A stretch of DNA of 24,000 bases from an uncultured cyanobacterium (GTDB lineage Bacteria; Cyanobacteriota; Cyanobacteriia; Cyanobacteriales; Cyanobacteriaceae). The stretch's first letter is position 1, and each line of letters opens with the position of its first letter. Both the position numbers and the translations under genes were made by a program. The stretch spans positions 277,963 through 301,962 of the forward strand of contig CAVQBA010000005.1 of NCBI GenBank assembly GCA_963710605.1. The letters are read 5' to 3'. Positions 1-8,539 of the stretch are shown piece by piece. Below the pieces are notes generated by a model that worked only from the letters and a program-made list of their open reading frames with translations, was not told the origin of the DNA and did not search any database.

Positions 1-1
1 T

Positions 2-190
2 AACTATATTCATACTGAATCTAGTAGTAAACTAATGGGTTTTGTTGATGATGCTGAATTTTACTTTCCTGAAGATTCAAGTGTAGTACAATGGCGATCG
101 TCTGCACGGATGGGAGAGTCTGATTTAGGAGTTAATCGTCGTCGTTTAGAGCAAATTCGTTTAGCTTTTGAAGATTACGTAAACAATTAA
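2..190 (+). CDS. DUF1499-family protein, C-terminal fragment (5' end outside window)
   Basis: The frame is open from the window edge to TAA at 188-190. The translation ...FVDDAEFYFPEDSSVVQWRSSARMGESDLGVNRRRLEQIRLAFEDYVNN has the RS.SR.G.SDLGVNR.R pattern I associate with the DUF1499 C-terminus. The family call is from memory. Confidence 0.55.
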   Translation, partial: NYIHTESSSKLMGFVDDAEFYFPEDSSVVQWRSSARMGESDLGVNRRRLEQIRLAFEDYVNN

Positions 191-233
191 CAGTTGACAA
201 TTATAGCAATTATCACCATTACGAGGTACATAT

Positions 234-276
234 AAATCCCCATCCCCCTTGCCCCTTCGTAAGGGGAAATTTAAGG
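234..276. repeat. Short dispersed hairpin repeat (REP/MITE-like), degenerate member of the aaatcccc...aagggg family
   Basis: The sequence is aaatccccatcccccttgccccttcgtaaggggaaatttaagg. It contains a perfect 6-bp hairpin, cccctt-cgt-aagggg, at 252-266. It shares the ctaaatcccc / ccctt..aagggg motifs with the copies at 8478, 12914 and 13061. Confidence 0.6.
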
Positions 277-370
277 ATGCGCGCTTTTATTTATGGGGAC
301 TTGTCGATCGCTAACTGTACTTCACAAGTATGGGAAACGCTATATTGTTTATTTGATTAATTTTTTTTAA

Positions 371-1858
371 TTAGTTATCAATAATTAATAATGTTTGTAA
401 AGTATCGTCACTTGCACCAGTGATGATACCGCCTAAGCTAACTATTTGTTGGAGATAATTAATTGCTTCGATCGTAATCAATTCTCCCGCCATAATAATA
501 GGAATACCAGGTGGATAAGGGCAAATAGTTTCCCCACTAATTTGATTGATAGCGTTAAGTTGGCTAACCATTTTTTTCGCTGCCCCAAATGCTTGACGAG
601 GTGTTAACCTTAATTGAGTGGAATTAGCTTTAAACGGTATTTTGGGAGAAATAAATGGTAATTTAGATTCAGTAGCAAAACTCTCTAGTTTGTCAAAAGC
701 ATTAACTAACATAGTTATATCTTGCTCAGTATTACCAAGAGAAATAATAAAAGTAAGATTTTGTAATGAAGGTAACTCACAAGTGACGTTTAATTTTTCA
801 TTGAAAATTTCATCCGCTTCGTAACCACTAATACCCAAACTACTAACATTAACAGTTAATCTAGTTAAATCAAAATCAGCAAAACTAGGTGAAGAGTTAG
901 AAAAATTCAATACTTTTAAATAATCCCAAGCTGATAATTCTTTTCTGGCAATAGAAGCCAAATTTAAAGTTCTTTCTAATAAAACTTTACCCTCAATCGC
1001 CATTTGTTGTCTAGCACCATCTAATGAAGCTAAAAGTAGATAGTTAGGACTAGAAGATTGTACCATAGCCAAAGCCAAACTAATCCGATTAGACTCAACC
1101 AAATTACCTTGTAAATGAAGCATCGAAGCTTGAGTCATCGCCCCTAAAACTTTGTGAGTAGATTGTATCACTACATCTGCACCATTTTCTAAACCACATA
1201 CAGGTAACTGAGGATGAAATTTTAAATGAGCGCCGTGGGCTTCATCAACTATCACAGGAAGATGATACTCATGAACAACTTTAACAATTTCTTTTAAATT
1301 AGCACAGATGCCGTGATAGGTAGGAGAAACGAGTAAAACAGCCTTAACATCACTGTGAGTTTTTAAAGCATGACTAATTTGCTGGGCGGATATAGTTTCA
1401 CAGATATCAAACTCATGGTTATATTTTGGCTCAATAAAAATTGGTATTGCACCTGATAAAACTAAGCCAAAAATTGCTGATTGATGTATATTACGAGGCA
1501 AAATTATTTTGTCACCTTCCCCACAAGTAGCCAAAATAGAGCTTATGACTCCACTAGTGCTACCATTAGCTAAAAACCACGTTTTTTCTGCTCCAAAAGC
1601 TTCTGAGGCTAACTCTTGGGCTTCTTTGATAACTCCTTCAGGTGCAAAGAGGTTGTCTAATTCGGGTAATTCAGGTAAATCAGCCCGAAAAACTTTCTCA
1701 CCCATCAATTGTATCAGTGCTTGATTTATACCTTTACCTTTTTTATGTCCTGGTACGTAAAAAGGTGCTTCTTGTCGTTTGGCTAGTTGTTCTAATTTAC
1801 TAATTAAAGGGGTTTTTTTCTGTCTATTATTCATGTAAGAATAGTGGATAGTTAACAA
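371..1858 (-). CDS. Orn/Lys/Arg decarboxylase family PLP-dependent enzyme
   Basis: 495-aa ORF. The N-terminus has FYVPGHKKGKG, and STHKVLGAMTQAS carries the PLP-lysine motif (S-x-H-K). DEAHGAH is typical of the fold-I basic amino-acid decarboxylase major domain. The substrate cannot be assigned from sequence alone. Confidence 0.85.
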   Translation of the reverse strand: MLTIHYSYMNNRQKKTPLISKLEQLAKRQEAPFYVPGHKKGKGINQALIQLMGEKVFRADLPELPELDNLFAPEGVIKEAQELASEAFGAEKTWFLANGSTSGVISSILATCGEGDKIILPRNIHQSAIFGLVLSGAIPIFIEPKYNHEFDICETISAQQISHALKTHSDVKAVLLVSPTYHGICANLKEIVKVVHEYHLPVIVDEAHGAHLKFHPQLPVCGLENGADVVIQSTHKVLGAMTQASMLHLQGNLVESNRISLALAMVQSSSPNYLLLASLDGARQQMAIEGKVLLERTLNLASIARKELSAWDYLKVLNFSNSSPSFADFDLTRLTVNVSSLGISGYEADEIFNEKLNVTCELPSLQNLTFIISLGNTEQDITMLVNAFDKLESFATESKLPFISPKIPFKANSTQLRLTPRQAFGAAKKMVSQLNAINQISGETICPYPPGIPIIMAGELITIEAINYLQQIVSLGGIITGASDDTLQTLLIIDN

Positions 1859-1886
1859 TTACTATTAGGCTCGTAAATTAATTTAG

Positions 1887-1905
1887 CCCCGAAATAGATT
1901 CGGGG
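1887..1905 (-). terminator. Hairpin between rpmB and the decarboxylase gene; weak terminator or attenuator candidate
   Basis: The hairpin is ccccgaa-ataga-ttcgggg, a 7-bp stem. On the minus strand it is followed by ctaaattaattt, which is only moderately U-rich, so it may be a processing or stability element rather than a terminator. Confidence 0.3.
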
Positions 1906-1948
1906 TAGTTTATCTATTTACCGATAAGTATTGTCAATGCTTTTTTTA

Positions 1949-2191
1949 TTAGCATCTATGCTTATTCAAATCAATACCAGCTTCTTTTGCCATTACATTT
2001 AAACTTTTTTTGTCTAAAGTTTTAATCGCTTTGGTAGAAAGACGTAGTTTGACAAAACAATTGTTTTCAGCCCACCAGATTTTTTTGTCTTGTAAATTAG
2101 CGTGTTGTAACCTTTTTGTCCGTCTATGAGAGTGAGAAACTGCATAAGCATTATTCGCTCTTTTTCCTGTTAATTCGCAAACACGAGCCAT
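1949..2191 (-). CDS. rpmB: 50S ribosomal protein L28
   Basis: 80-aa ORF beginning [34 protein letters not shown], the canonical L28 N-terminus. AGGAG lies 9 nt upstream of the ATG on the minus strand. Confidence 0.92.
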   Translation of the reverse strand: MARVCELTGKRANNAYAVSHSHRRTKRLQHANLQDKKIWWAENNCFVKLRLSTKAIKTLDKKSLNVMAKEAGIDLNKHRC

Positions 2192-2443
2192 AATAATAAT
2201 CTCCTAAATATATTAATTCGTCTAGATAATTTAATTAGTAATCTTTTATTCTACTAAAATATTGTCTTTATCTGCAAGTAAAAGAGTTTATCGCTTTTAG
2301 TATCCGTATCTAAAATTAGTTATTACTGATTATTCAATAAACATTGTCATAAAATTCCTTAGTCTATTTTAATAGTTGAGATAACAACAAGGATTAAGAA
2401 TCAAAAAAGGTTTAGGGCAGTTTGATAATAAAAGTTTTAGACA

Positions 2444-2469
2444 TTAAAAAAGCCCCGATGAAGGGGCTT
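2444..2469 (-). terminator. Rho-independent terminator of psbD
   Basis: On the minus strand the sequence reads aagcccc-ttcatc-ggggctt followed by a T run (ggggcttttttaa). It lies about 27 nt after the psbD stop codon. Confidence 0.85.
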
Positions 2470-2494
2470 AAACTTAATTCAGATTCACACTGTT

Positions 2495-3553
2495 TTACAG
2501 AGCGTTACCACGTGGTAATACTTCTTCAGGGAATTCAAATTTTTGGTGGGGTTGATCTTGTGGTGCCATCCATGCACGTAAACCTTCGTTTAAAAGAATG
2601 TTTTTGGTGTAGAATGTTTCAAATTCTGGATCTTCTGCCGCTCTTAACTCTTGAGATACGAAGTCATATGCTCTTAGGTTAAATGCTAAACCGACGATAC
2701 CGATCGCACTCATCCATAAACCTGTTACAGGTACAAATAACATGAAGAAGTGTAACCAACGTTTGTTTGAGAAAGCAATACCGAAAATCTGTGACCAAAA
2801 ACGGTTAGCAGTTACCATTGAATAGGTTTCTTCTGCTTGTGTTGGTTCAAACGCACGGAATGTATTCGCTTGCTCACCATCTTGGAATAAGGTGTTTTCT
2901 ACGGTTGCACCGTGAATTGCACATAATAATGCACCACCTAATACTCCTGCTACTCCCATCATGTGGAAAGGATTTAGTGTCCAGTTATGGAAACCTTGTA
3001 AGAAAAGGATGAAACGGAAGATTCCTGCTACTCCAAATGAAGGAGCGAAAAACCAACTTGATTGTCCTAAAGGATACATCAAGAAAACACTGACAAATAC
3101 AGCGATAGGAGCTGAGAAAGCGATCGCATTATAAGGACGAATCCCTACTAAACGAGAAATCTCAAATTGACGCAACATGAAGCCGATTAAGGCAAAAGCA
3201 CCATGTAGTGCGACAAATGTCCATAAACCACCGATTTGAAACCAGCGAGTTAAATCGCCTTGTGCTTCTGGTCCCCATAGAAATAATAAGGAGTGACCGA
3301 ATACGTTAGCAGGGCTTGATACTGCTACGGTTAAAAAGTTAGCACCTTCTAGGTAAGAACTAGCTAAACCGTGAGTGTACCATGAGGTTACAAAGGTAGT
3401 ACCTGTTAACCAACCACCTAATGCTAAATAAGCACAAGGGAATAATAAAATACCAGACCAACCAACAAAGACAAACCTGTCTCTTTTTAGCCAATCGTCA
3501 AGAGCATCAAACAAGCCTCTTTCCGACGGCGCGCGTCCGACTGCAATAGTCAT
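2495..3553 (-). CDS. psbD: Photosystem II reaction-centre protein D2
   Basis: 352-aa [51 protein letters not shown]...[14 protein letters not shown]. It is essentially full-length and canonical D2. GGAG lies 8 nt upstream of the ATG. Confidence 0.98.
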   Translation of the reverse strand: MTIAVGRAPSERGLFDALDDWLKRDRFVFVGWSGILLFPCAYLALGGWLTGTTFVTSWYTHGLASSYLEGANFLTVAVSSPANVFGHSLLFLWGPEAQGDLTRWFQIGGLWTFVALHGAFALIGFMLRQFEISRLVGIRPYNAIAFSAPIAVFVSVFLMYPLGQSSWFFAPSFGVAGIFRFILFLQGFHNWTLNPFHMMGVAGVLGGALLCAIHGATVENTLFQDGEQANTFRAFEPTQAEETYSMVTANRFWSQIFGIAFSNKRWLHFFMLFVPVTGLWMSAIGIVGLAFNLRAYDFVSQELRAAEDPEFETFYTKNILLNEGLRAWMAPQDQPHQKFEFPEEVLPRGNAL

Positions 3554-3785
3554 AAAACAAACTCCGATATAATTTCTATTGTTTTAACGTTATGTTTTTT
3601 TCTCTAATTATAAAATTGCTTAACAGCTCTTTCTGAGAAAAATTTACTTTTCTTAACGTTGGGTATAATCTTATTCTACGAGAAAATGTGCTTTTTTGCA
3701 AAGGGAATTGTTAAAAAAACCTTAAAAATACTAAAATTAGAACAGTACAGACTTAATGTAAACCAAATAAGCATTTATAACTATC

Positions 3786-4064
3786 ATGTTCACAATTAAT
3801 CTTTTAGTCAAATATATTCCTTTACCTATTTCGGTAGAAAAAAAAGAAGAGGCTGATGCACAAGCTTTGTACAACAGTATTTTAGATGCAATCAAAAGCT
3901 CAGAGATACAAATTTTAGAATTAACTTGTGATAAGCAAACTGAGAAAAAAATTGCGATCGCTAGTGATCAAGTAACTGGAGTTATTATGTCTCAAAAAGA
4001 TGGTGCAAATATTGGTGGTAAAGTACCCGGATTTTTTGCCGCTCTCAGTAGCGAAAACAGTTAA
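3786..4064 (+). CDS. Small hypothetical protein (92 aa), divergent from psbD
   Basis: Clean ORF with ATG start and TAA stop. Its composition is protein-like and not low-complexity, and no competing ORF overlaps it. I do not recognise a family. Confidence 0.5.
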   Translation: MFTINLLVKYIPLPISVEKKEEADAQALYNSILDAIKSSEIQILELTCDKQTEKKIAIASDQVTGVIMSQKDGANIGGKVPGFFAALSSENS

Positions 4065-4181
4065 TCATTGTCGAAAATACTCTGACAATTAAAAGATAAG
4101 AGACAATAGTTAGTAATTAGTAGTTGATAGATGACGATCGTTTCAATTATTAATTATTAACTATAAATTTTTAATTGTGTA

Positions 4182-4838
4182 ATGACTAACTCCAAATTTG
4201 CTATTGATATCGATCGATTAAACTTCAGTTGGAATCCTCATTCTTTAGTCTTAGATTCTTGTACCCTCAAAGTACCGAAAGGAGAATTCTGGATGTTATT
4301 AGGAAATAACGGTTGCGGAAAATCTACCTTATTAAGATTACTAGCAGGTTTATTAATTCCTAGTAGTGGTGAAGTCAAATCGCAAAATCCTCTCGGCTTT
4401 GTTTTTCAAAACCCAGATCATCAATTAGTGATGCCTACTGTTGCCGCTGATGTCGCTTTTGGTTTAGTTAAAGATAATTTGACGATCGAGCAAGTAAAAC
4501 ATAGAGTAGAATCTGCCTTAGATGCTGTGAATCTACTCGAATTTAAAAATCGTCCTATTTATGCTTTAAGTGGCGGACAAAAACAACGAGTTGCGATCGC
4601 AGGAGAAATAGCTCGTCGATGTCAGGTGTTGTTATTAGACGAACCCACCGCATTATTAGATCCAGATACGCAAACAGAACTAGTCGCATTGGTACAAAAA
4701 CTAGTCAAAGAGACTCAGATTACTGCTTTGTGGGTTACCCATCGTTTAGAAGAGTTACACTATGCTGATGGGTATTTTTTATTAGAAGAAGGTAAGGTTG
4801 TTCGTCAAGGTAAACCAGAAGAAATAATTAATAATTAA
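4182..4838 (+). CDS. ABC transporter ATP-binding protein, ECF/CbiO-like
   Basis: Walker A is GNNGCGKST, the signature is LSGGQKQRVAIA, Walker B is VLLLDEPTALLD, and the H-loop is VTHR. FVFQNPDHQLV is typical of energy-coupling-factor ATPases. Confidence 0.85.
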   Translation: MTNSKFAIDIDRLNFSWNPHSLVLDSCTLKVPKGEFWMLLGNNGCGKSTLLRLLAGLLIPSSGEVKSQNPLGFVFQNPDHQLVMPTVAADVAFGLVKDNLTIEQVKHRVESALDAVNLLEFKNRPIYALSGGQKQRVAIAGEIARRCQVLLLDEPTALLDPDTQTELVALVQKLVKETQITALWVTHRLEELHYADGYFLLEEGKVVRQGKPEEIINN

Positions 4839-5090
4839 TAGTTATTTTAGCTATTATTCTCACAAATTGAAGACAAGATTGTTAGAGAATTAATTATTTA
4901 CTGTTATCTATTATCTATCCATTGCTCATTCTTCACTATAGACATTATCAATTGTTATTGTTGCGGGAATTAAATCGCTGAAATTTGAACTAGATCAAAA
5001 ATTATTAAATGATTTAGTTAAATTTTTGTTAAGATTGACCATTATGACATCATATTTTCCGTAACTTTAATTAAATATATATGCAAAGCA

Positions 5091-5645
5091 ATGAACTCTA
5101 CTACAACATATCAAGCCATTTTACTTGTGGATGGTTACAACATTCTAGGCACATCATCTTATTTCAAGAAAATAAAGAAGAAGAATGGTTTAGAGGCAGC
5201 TCGTGATTCTTTAATCGAGTGTATGATTAATTACGCTGGGTATAAAGCGATCGAAAGTAAAATTGTTTTTGACGCTCATTTCCAACGAACACCCAGCAAA
5301 GAAGAGAAATACGGCGATCGTATATCGGTACATTACACAGCCTACGATCAAACCGCCGATACCTTTATCGAAAAATTTTGTGCCTGTTTTTATTACCAAC
5401 GAGAAGATCGAAAAAAGAGATTGGTTGTCGCTACATCAGACCAAGCTCAACGACATACGGTAGTTGGTTATGGGGCAGAATGGATTTCCGCTCAAGGATT
5501 AGTGAGTGAAATTGATACGACTAACTCTACACAAAGACGTAGATTAAACACTCGCACTAAATCTAGAGGACGTTTTTTAATGAACTCTTTAGATAGCAAA
5601 ACGCAACAGGCTTTAGCCCAAATGAGGTTGGGAGGGAATTTATAG
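5091..5645 (+). CDS. NYN-domain (YacP/Rae1-like) predicted ribonuclease
   Basis: 184-aa ORF with the N-terminal LLVDGYNILG motif and a downstream VVATSD acidic motif. Both are typical of the YacP-like NYN/PIN-like family. Confidence 0.7.
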   Translation: MNSTTTYQAILLVDGYNILGTSSYFKKIKKKNGLEAARDSLIECMINYAGYKAIESKIVFDAHFQRTPSKEEKYGDRISVHYTAYDQTADTFIEKFCACFYYQREDRKKRLVVATSDQAQRHTVVGYGAEWISAQGLVSEIDTTNSTQRRRLNTRTKSRGRFLMNSLDSKTQQALAQMRLGGNL

Positions 5646-5721
5646 CTTGTTATCTAAAAATTTGATAATTTTTGCCCTTGAATTATTACAAAATTATTGT
5701 TATAATTGGTAACTGTTATCT

Positions 5722-5803
5722 GCGGACGTGGCGGAATTGGTAGACGCGCTAGATTTAGGTTCTAGTATCGTAAGATGTGAGAGTTCAAGTCTCTCCGTCC
5801 GTA
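5722..5803 (+). tRNA. tRNA-Leu (anticodon UAG), class II with long variable arm, no encoded CCA
   Basis: Manual cloverleaf:
- Acceptor stem gcggacg/cgtccgt, with G1-U72 and discriminator A.
- 3-bp D stem gcg/cgc with loop gaattggtaga.
- Anticodon stem ctaga/tctag with loop tt-TAG-gt.
- 13-nt variable arm.
- T arm gagag-ttcaagt-ctctc. Confidence 0.93.
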
Positions 5804-5813
5804 TTAATCGAAT

Positions 5814-5847
5814 AATTGACAATTGACAATTGACAGTTGACAATTAC
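5814..5847 (+). repeat. Tandem heptamer repeat (AATTGAC)x4.9, STRR-like
   Basis: The repeat reads aattgac aattgac aattgac agttgac aattac and starts 11 nt after the tRNA. Each unit contains TTGACA. The 14-mer acagttgacaatta (5833-5846) recurs at 190-203. Confidence 0.85.
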
Positions 5848-5946
5848 TTTTTTACTTAATCTACCATGAATTTAAATTGAGTAAAAGTTTTTGATGTTGA
5901 TTTCTCTTGAAAAAATAGATTCTAAATCGAATTTATCTTTTAAAAT

Positions 5947-8364
5947 ATGGCACTGAAAAAATCTGAACTTTACACCTCCTTATGGTCTAGTTGCGATGAA
6001 TTACGGGGAGGGATGGATGCTAGTCAGTATAAGGATTATGTGCTAGTTTTGTTATTTATCAAGTATGTGAGCGATAAATATGCAGGACAACAGTTTCCTT
6101 CGGTGAGTGTGCCATCGGGCGCTTCTTTTCAGGATATGGTAGCACTTAAAGGTAAAAAAGATATAGGCGATCGTATTAACAAAGAAATTATCGCCCCTTT
6201 AGCCTCCGAGAATGAGTTAGCAGATATGCCAGACTTTAACGATACAGCTAAGTTAGGTAGCGGAAAAGAAATGGTAGATAGACTTACTAATCTAATTGCT
6301 ATCTTTGAAAATCCTGCCCTTGACTTTTCTAAAAATCGAGCCGAAGGTGACGATATTTTAGGGGATGCCTATGAATACCTGATGCGTCATTTTGCGACAG
6401 AAAGCGGTAAGAGTAAAGGACAATTTTACACCCCCGCCGAAGTGAGTCGAGTTATTGCTCAGATATTAGGTATCAAACAAGCCCAGACTTCTGCTTCTAC
6501 TACAGTATATGATCCCACCTGTGGTTCTGGTTCGTTATTGTTAAAAGTAGCCGACGAAGCCACTACCAATGTTAGTTTGTACGGGCAAGAAAAAGATGCG
6601 ACAACATCAGGGTTAGCCAAAATGAATATGATTTTGCATCAAAACCCTACCGCCGTTGTTAAGCAGGGTAATACTCTCGCTAATCCTTTATTTACTAACA
6701 ATGAGGAATTGAAAGATTTTGATTATGTAGTAGCTAATCCACCTTTTAGTGATAAACGTTGGGCGACGGGATTTGAACCTGAGAAAGATAATTTTACTCG
6801 ATTTGAGGGTTTTGGTATCCCACCAACTAAACAAGGAGATTACGCCTATTTACTGCATATTTTACGATCGTTGAAAAATACAGGTAAAGGGGCTTGTATT
6901 TTACCTCATGGGGTTTTGTTTCGGGGTAATGCTGAGGCAACAATTCGTTGTAATTTGATTAAACGAGGTTATATTGAAGGTATCATCGGTTTACCTGCTA
7001 ACTTATTTTATGGTACTGGTATTCCTGCTTGTATCGTGATTTTGGACAAACAACAAGCCCATAACCGTCAGGGTATTTTTATCATTGATGCTAGTGGTGG
7101 CTTTATTAAAGATGGTAATAAAAATCGTTTGCGGGAGCGAGATATTCATCGCATTGTTGATGTGTTTAAAAAAAGATTAGCAATGCCAAAATATGCTCGT
7201 TTTGTTAGTTATGAGGAGATAGAAGCTAATGAGTTTAATTTGAATATTCCTCGTTATATTGATGGTCAACAAGAAGAAGATAAACAAGACATATGAGCTC
7301 ATTTACAAGGCGGTATTCCAGACAGAGATTTACAATCTTTAGCTAAATATTGGGCTATTTGCCCTAATCTGAAATCTGCTCTTTTTCAACCAAAGCGTTT
7401 TTCTTATTCTCAGTTGTCGGTAGAAATTGCTCAGTTAAAAGATGTTATTTATTCTCATCCCGAATTTAGCGGTTTTATCGCTTCGATGGCGGAAGTATTC
7501 GAGCTATGGCAAGGGGAATGGTTAACTCGTTTGCAAGATTTGGAGATGGGTTTTTTACCGAAAAATTTAGTTGGGGAAATGGGCGAAAGTTTATTGATTC
7601 ATTATCAGGATAAACCTTTATTGGATGCTTATAGTATTTATCAGCATTTACTCGATTATTGGCAAGAGGTGATGCAGGATGATTGTTATTTTATTACTCA
7701 AGAAGGTTGGAAAGCCGAAACAAGAAGAGTTTTAGAGACCAACAAAAAAGGGAAAGCAATCGATAAAGGTTGGGTTTGTGATTTAATTCCTAAACAGTTG
7801 TTAGTGGCTAAATATTTTGTCGCTAAACAAGAGGAAATTAATCAGTCAGAAGCAGACTTAGAAAATATCGTCAGTCAACGCACGGAGTTAGAGGAAGAAA
7901 ATTCGGGAGATGAAGGAGTTTTGGCGGAGTTGGATAAAATTAATAAGGCTAATGTTACTAATGCGATTAAAGAATTGAAAGCTGATAAACTCGAATTTGA
8001 CATTAATCATCAAGAAAATGAAGAGTTGAAAGTATTAAGCGGTTGGCTGGAGTTATACCAAGAAGAAGCTAAACTCAAAAAAGATATTAAGGCTAAAGTT
8101 GAGGTTTTGGATAAATTGGTTTATGAATATTATCCTCTGTTATCCGAAACTGAGATTAAGACTTTGGTGATAGAAGATAAATGGATGAATAAGTTAAAAG
8201 AAGCGATGAGGGGGGAAATGGATTTGATTTCTCAATCTTTAACTCAACGGGTTAAGGTTTTAGCTCAAAGATATACTCTTCCTTTACCTCAGCTAACGCA
8301 AAAGGTTAATATTTTGGAGTCTAGGGTAACGGCACATTTAGCCAAAATGGGTTTTTCTTTGTAA
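5947..8364 (+). pseudogene. hsdM: Type I R-M DNA methyltransferase subunit HsdM (long ~800-aa form), interrupted by one in-frame TGA at 7294-7296
   Basis: The AdoMet motif is DPTCGSGSLL, the catalytic motif is VVANPPFS, and the N-terminus has LWSSCDELRG. ORFs 5947-7296 and 7414-8364 are in the same frame. The 39 codons between them contain no stop and encode AHLQGGIPDRDLQSLAKYWAICPNLKSALF, which reads like HsdM. Confidence 0.85.
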
Positions 8365-8405
8365 AGTGAGTAATTCAATGTCCCTCAATTTTCCTTTATG
8401 ATCAA

Positions 8406-8424
8406 GGGTGCAAACCTTGCACCC
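8406..8424. repeat. Perfect 8-bp hairpin element gggtgcaa-acc-ttgcaccc in the hsdM-hsdS spacer
   Basis: The hairpin is read directly from the sequence. It looks like a cyanobacterial dispersed-hairpin (REP-like) unit. Only one copy is present in this window. Confidence 0.55.
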
Positions 8425-8477
8425 CTACAAAGAAATATACTAATTTAAATTAAACTTGCTACAATGACTTTCGACAA

Positions 8478-8509
8478 GTCCCCCTTGAGAAGGGGGATTT
8501 AGGGGGATC
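8478..8509 (+). repeat. 32-nt dispersed hairpin repeat, copy A
   Basis: The sequence is gtcccccttgagaagggggatttagggggatc, with the internal hairpin ccccctt-gag-aaggggg. It matches the reverse complement of 12914-12945 at 28 of 32 positions, and the last 20 nt are identical. Confidence 0.8.
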
Positions 8510-8539
8510 GTCTTATTTTATTTAGTGGAGAGGGAAAGA

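Noticed and set aside
618-824. Short ORFs antisense to or nested within larger well-supported genes. They are 618-824, 1509-1724, 2422-2682, 2818-3012, 5211-5399, 5263-5463, 9469-9660, 10532-10822, 12237-12500, 16104-16346, 19210-19428 and 19929-20153.
   Set aside because: Each lies inside, or opposite to, a gene with strong motif support, or opposite to a recognisable pseudogene. Each has an odd, low-complexity or Cys/Phe/Leu-rich composition typical of shadow ORFs in AT-rich DNA, and none has a recognisable motif.
3636-3668. A possible promoter (tttact...tataat at 3663-3668) for the small ORF at 3786, and a tataat on the minus strand for psbD.
   Set aside because: TATAAT-like hexamers are frequent in this AT-rich spacer, and neither candidate has a convincing -35 element at 16-18 nt. 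The evidence is too weak to report as a feature.
5816-5842. The four stacked TTGACA hexamers acting as the hsdM promoter.
   Set aside because: No acceptable -10 hexamer lies 16-18 nt downstream of any of the four hexamers. The best nearby match, cttaat at 5855-5860, is 12 or 19 nt away. The repeat is kept only as a feature and a low-interest finding.
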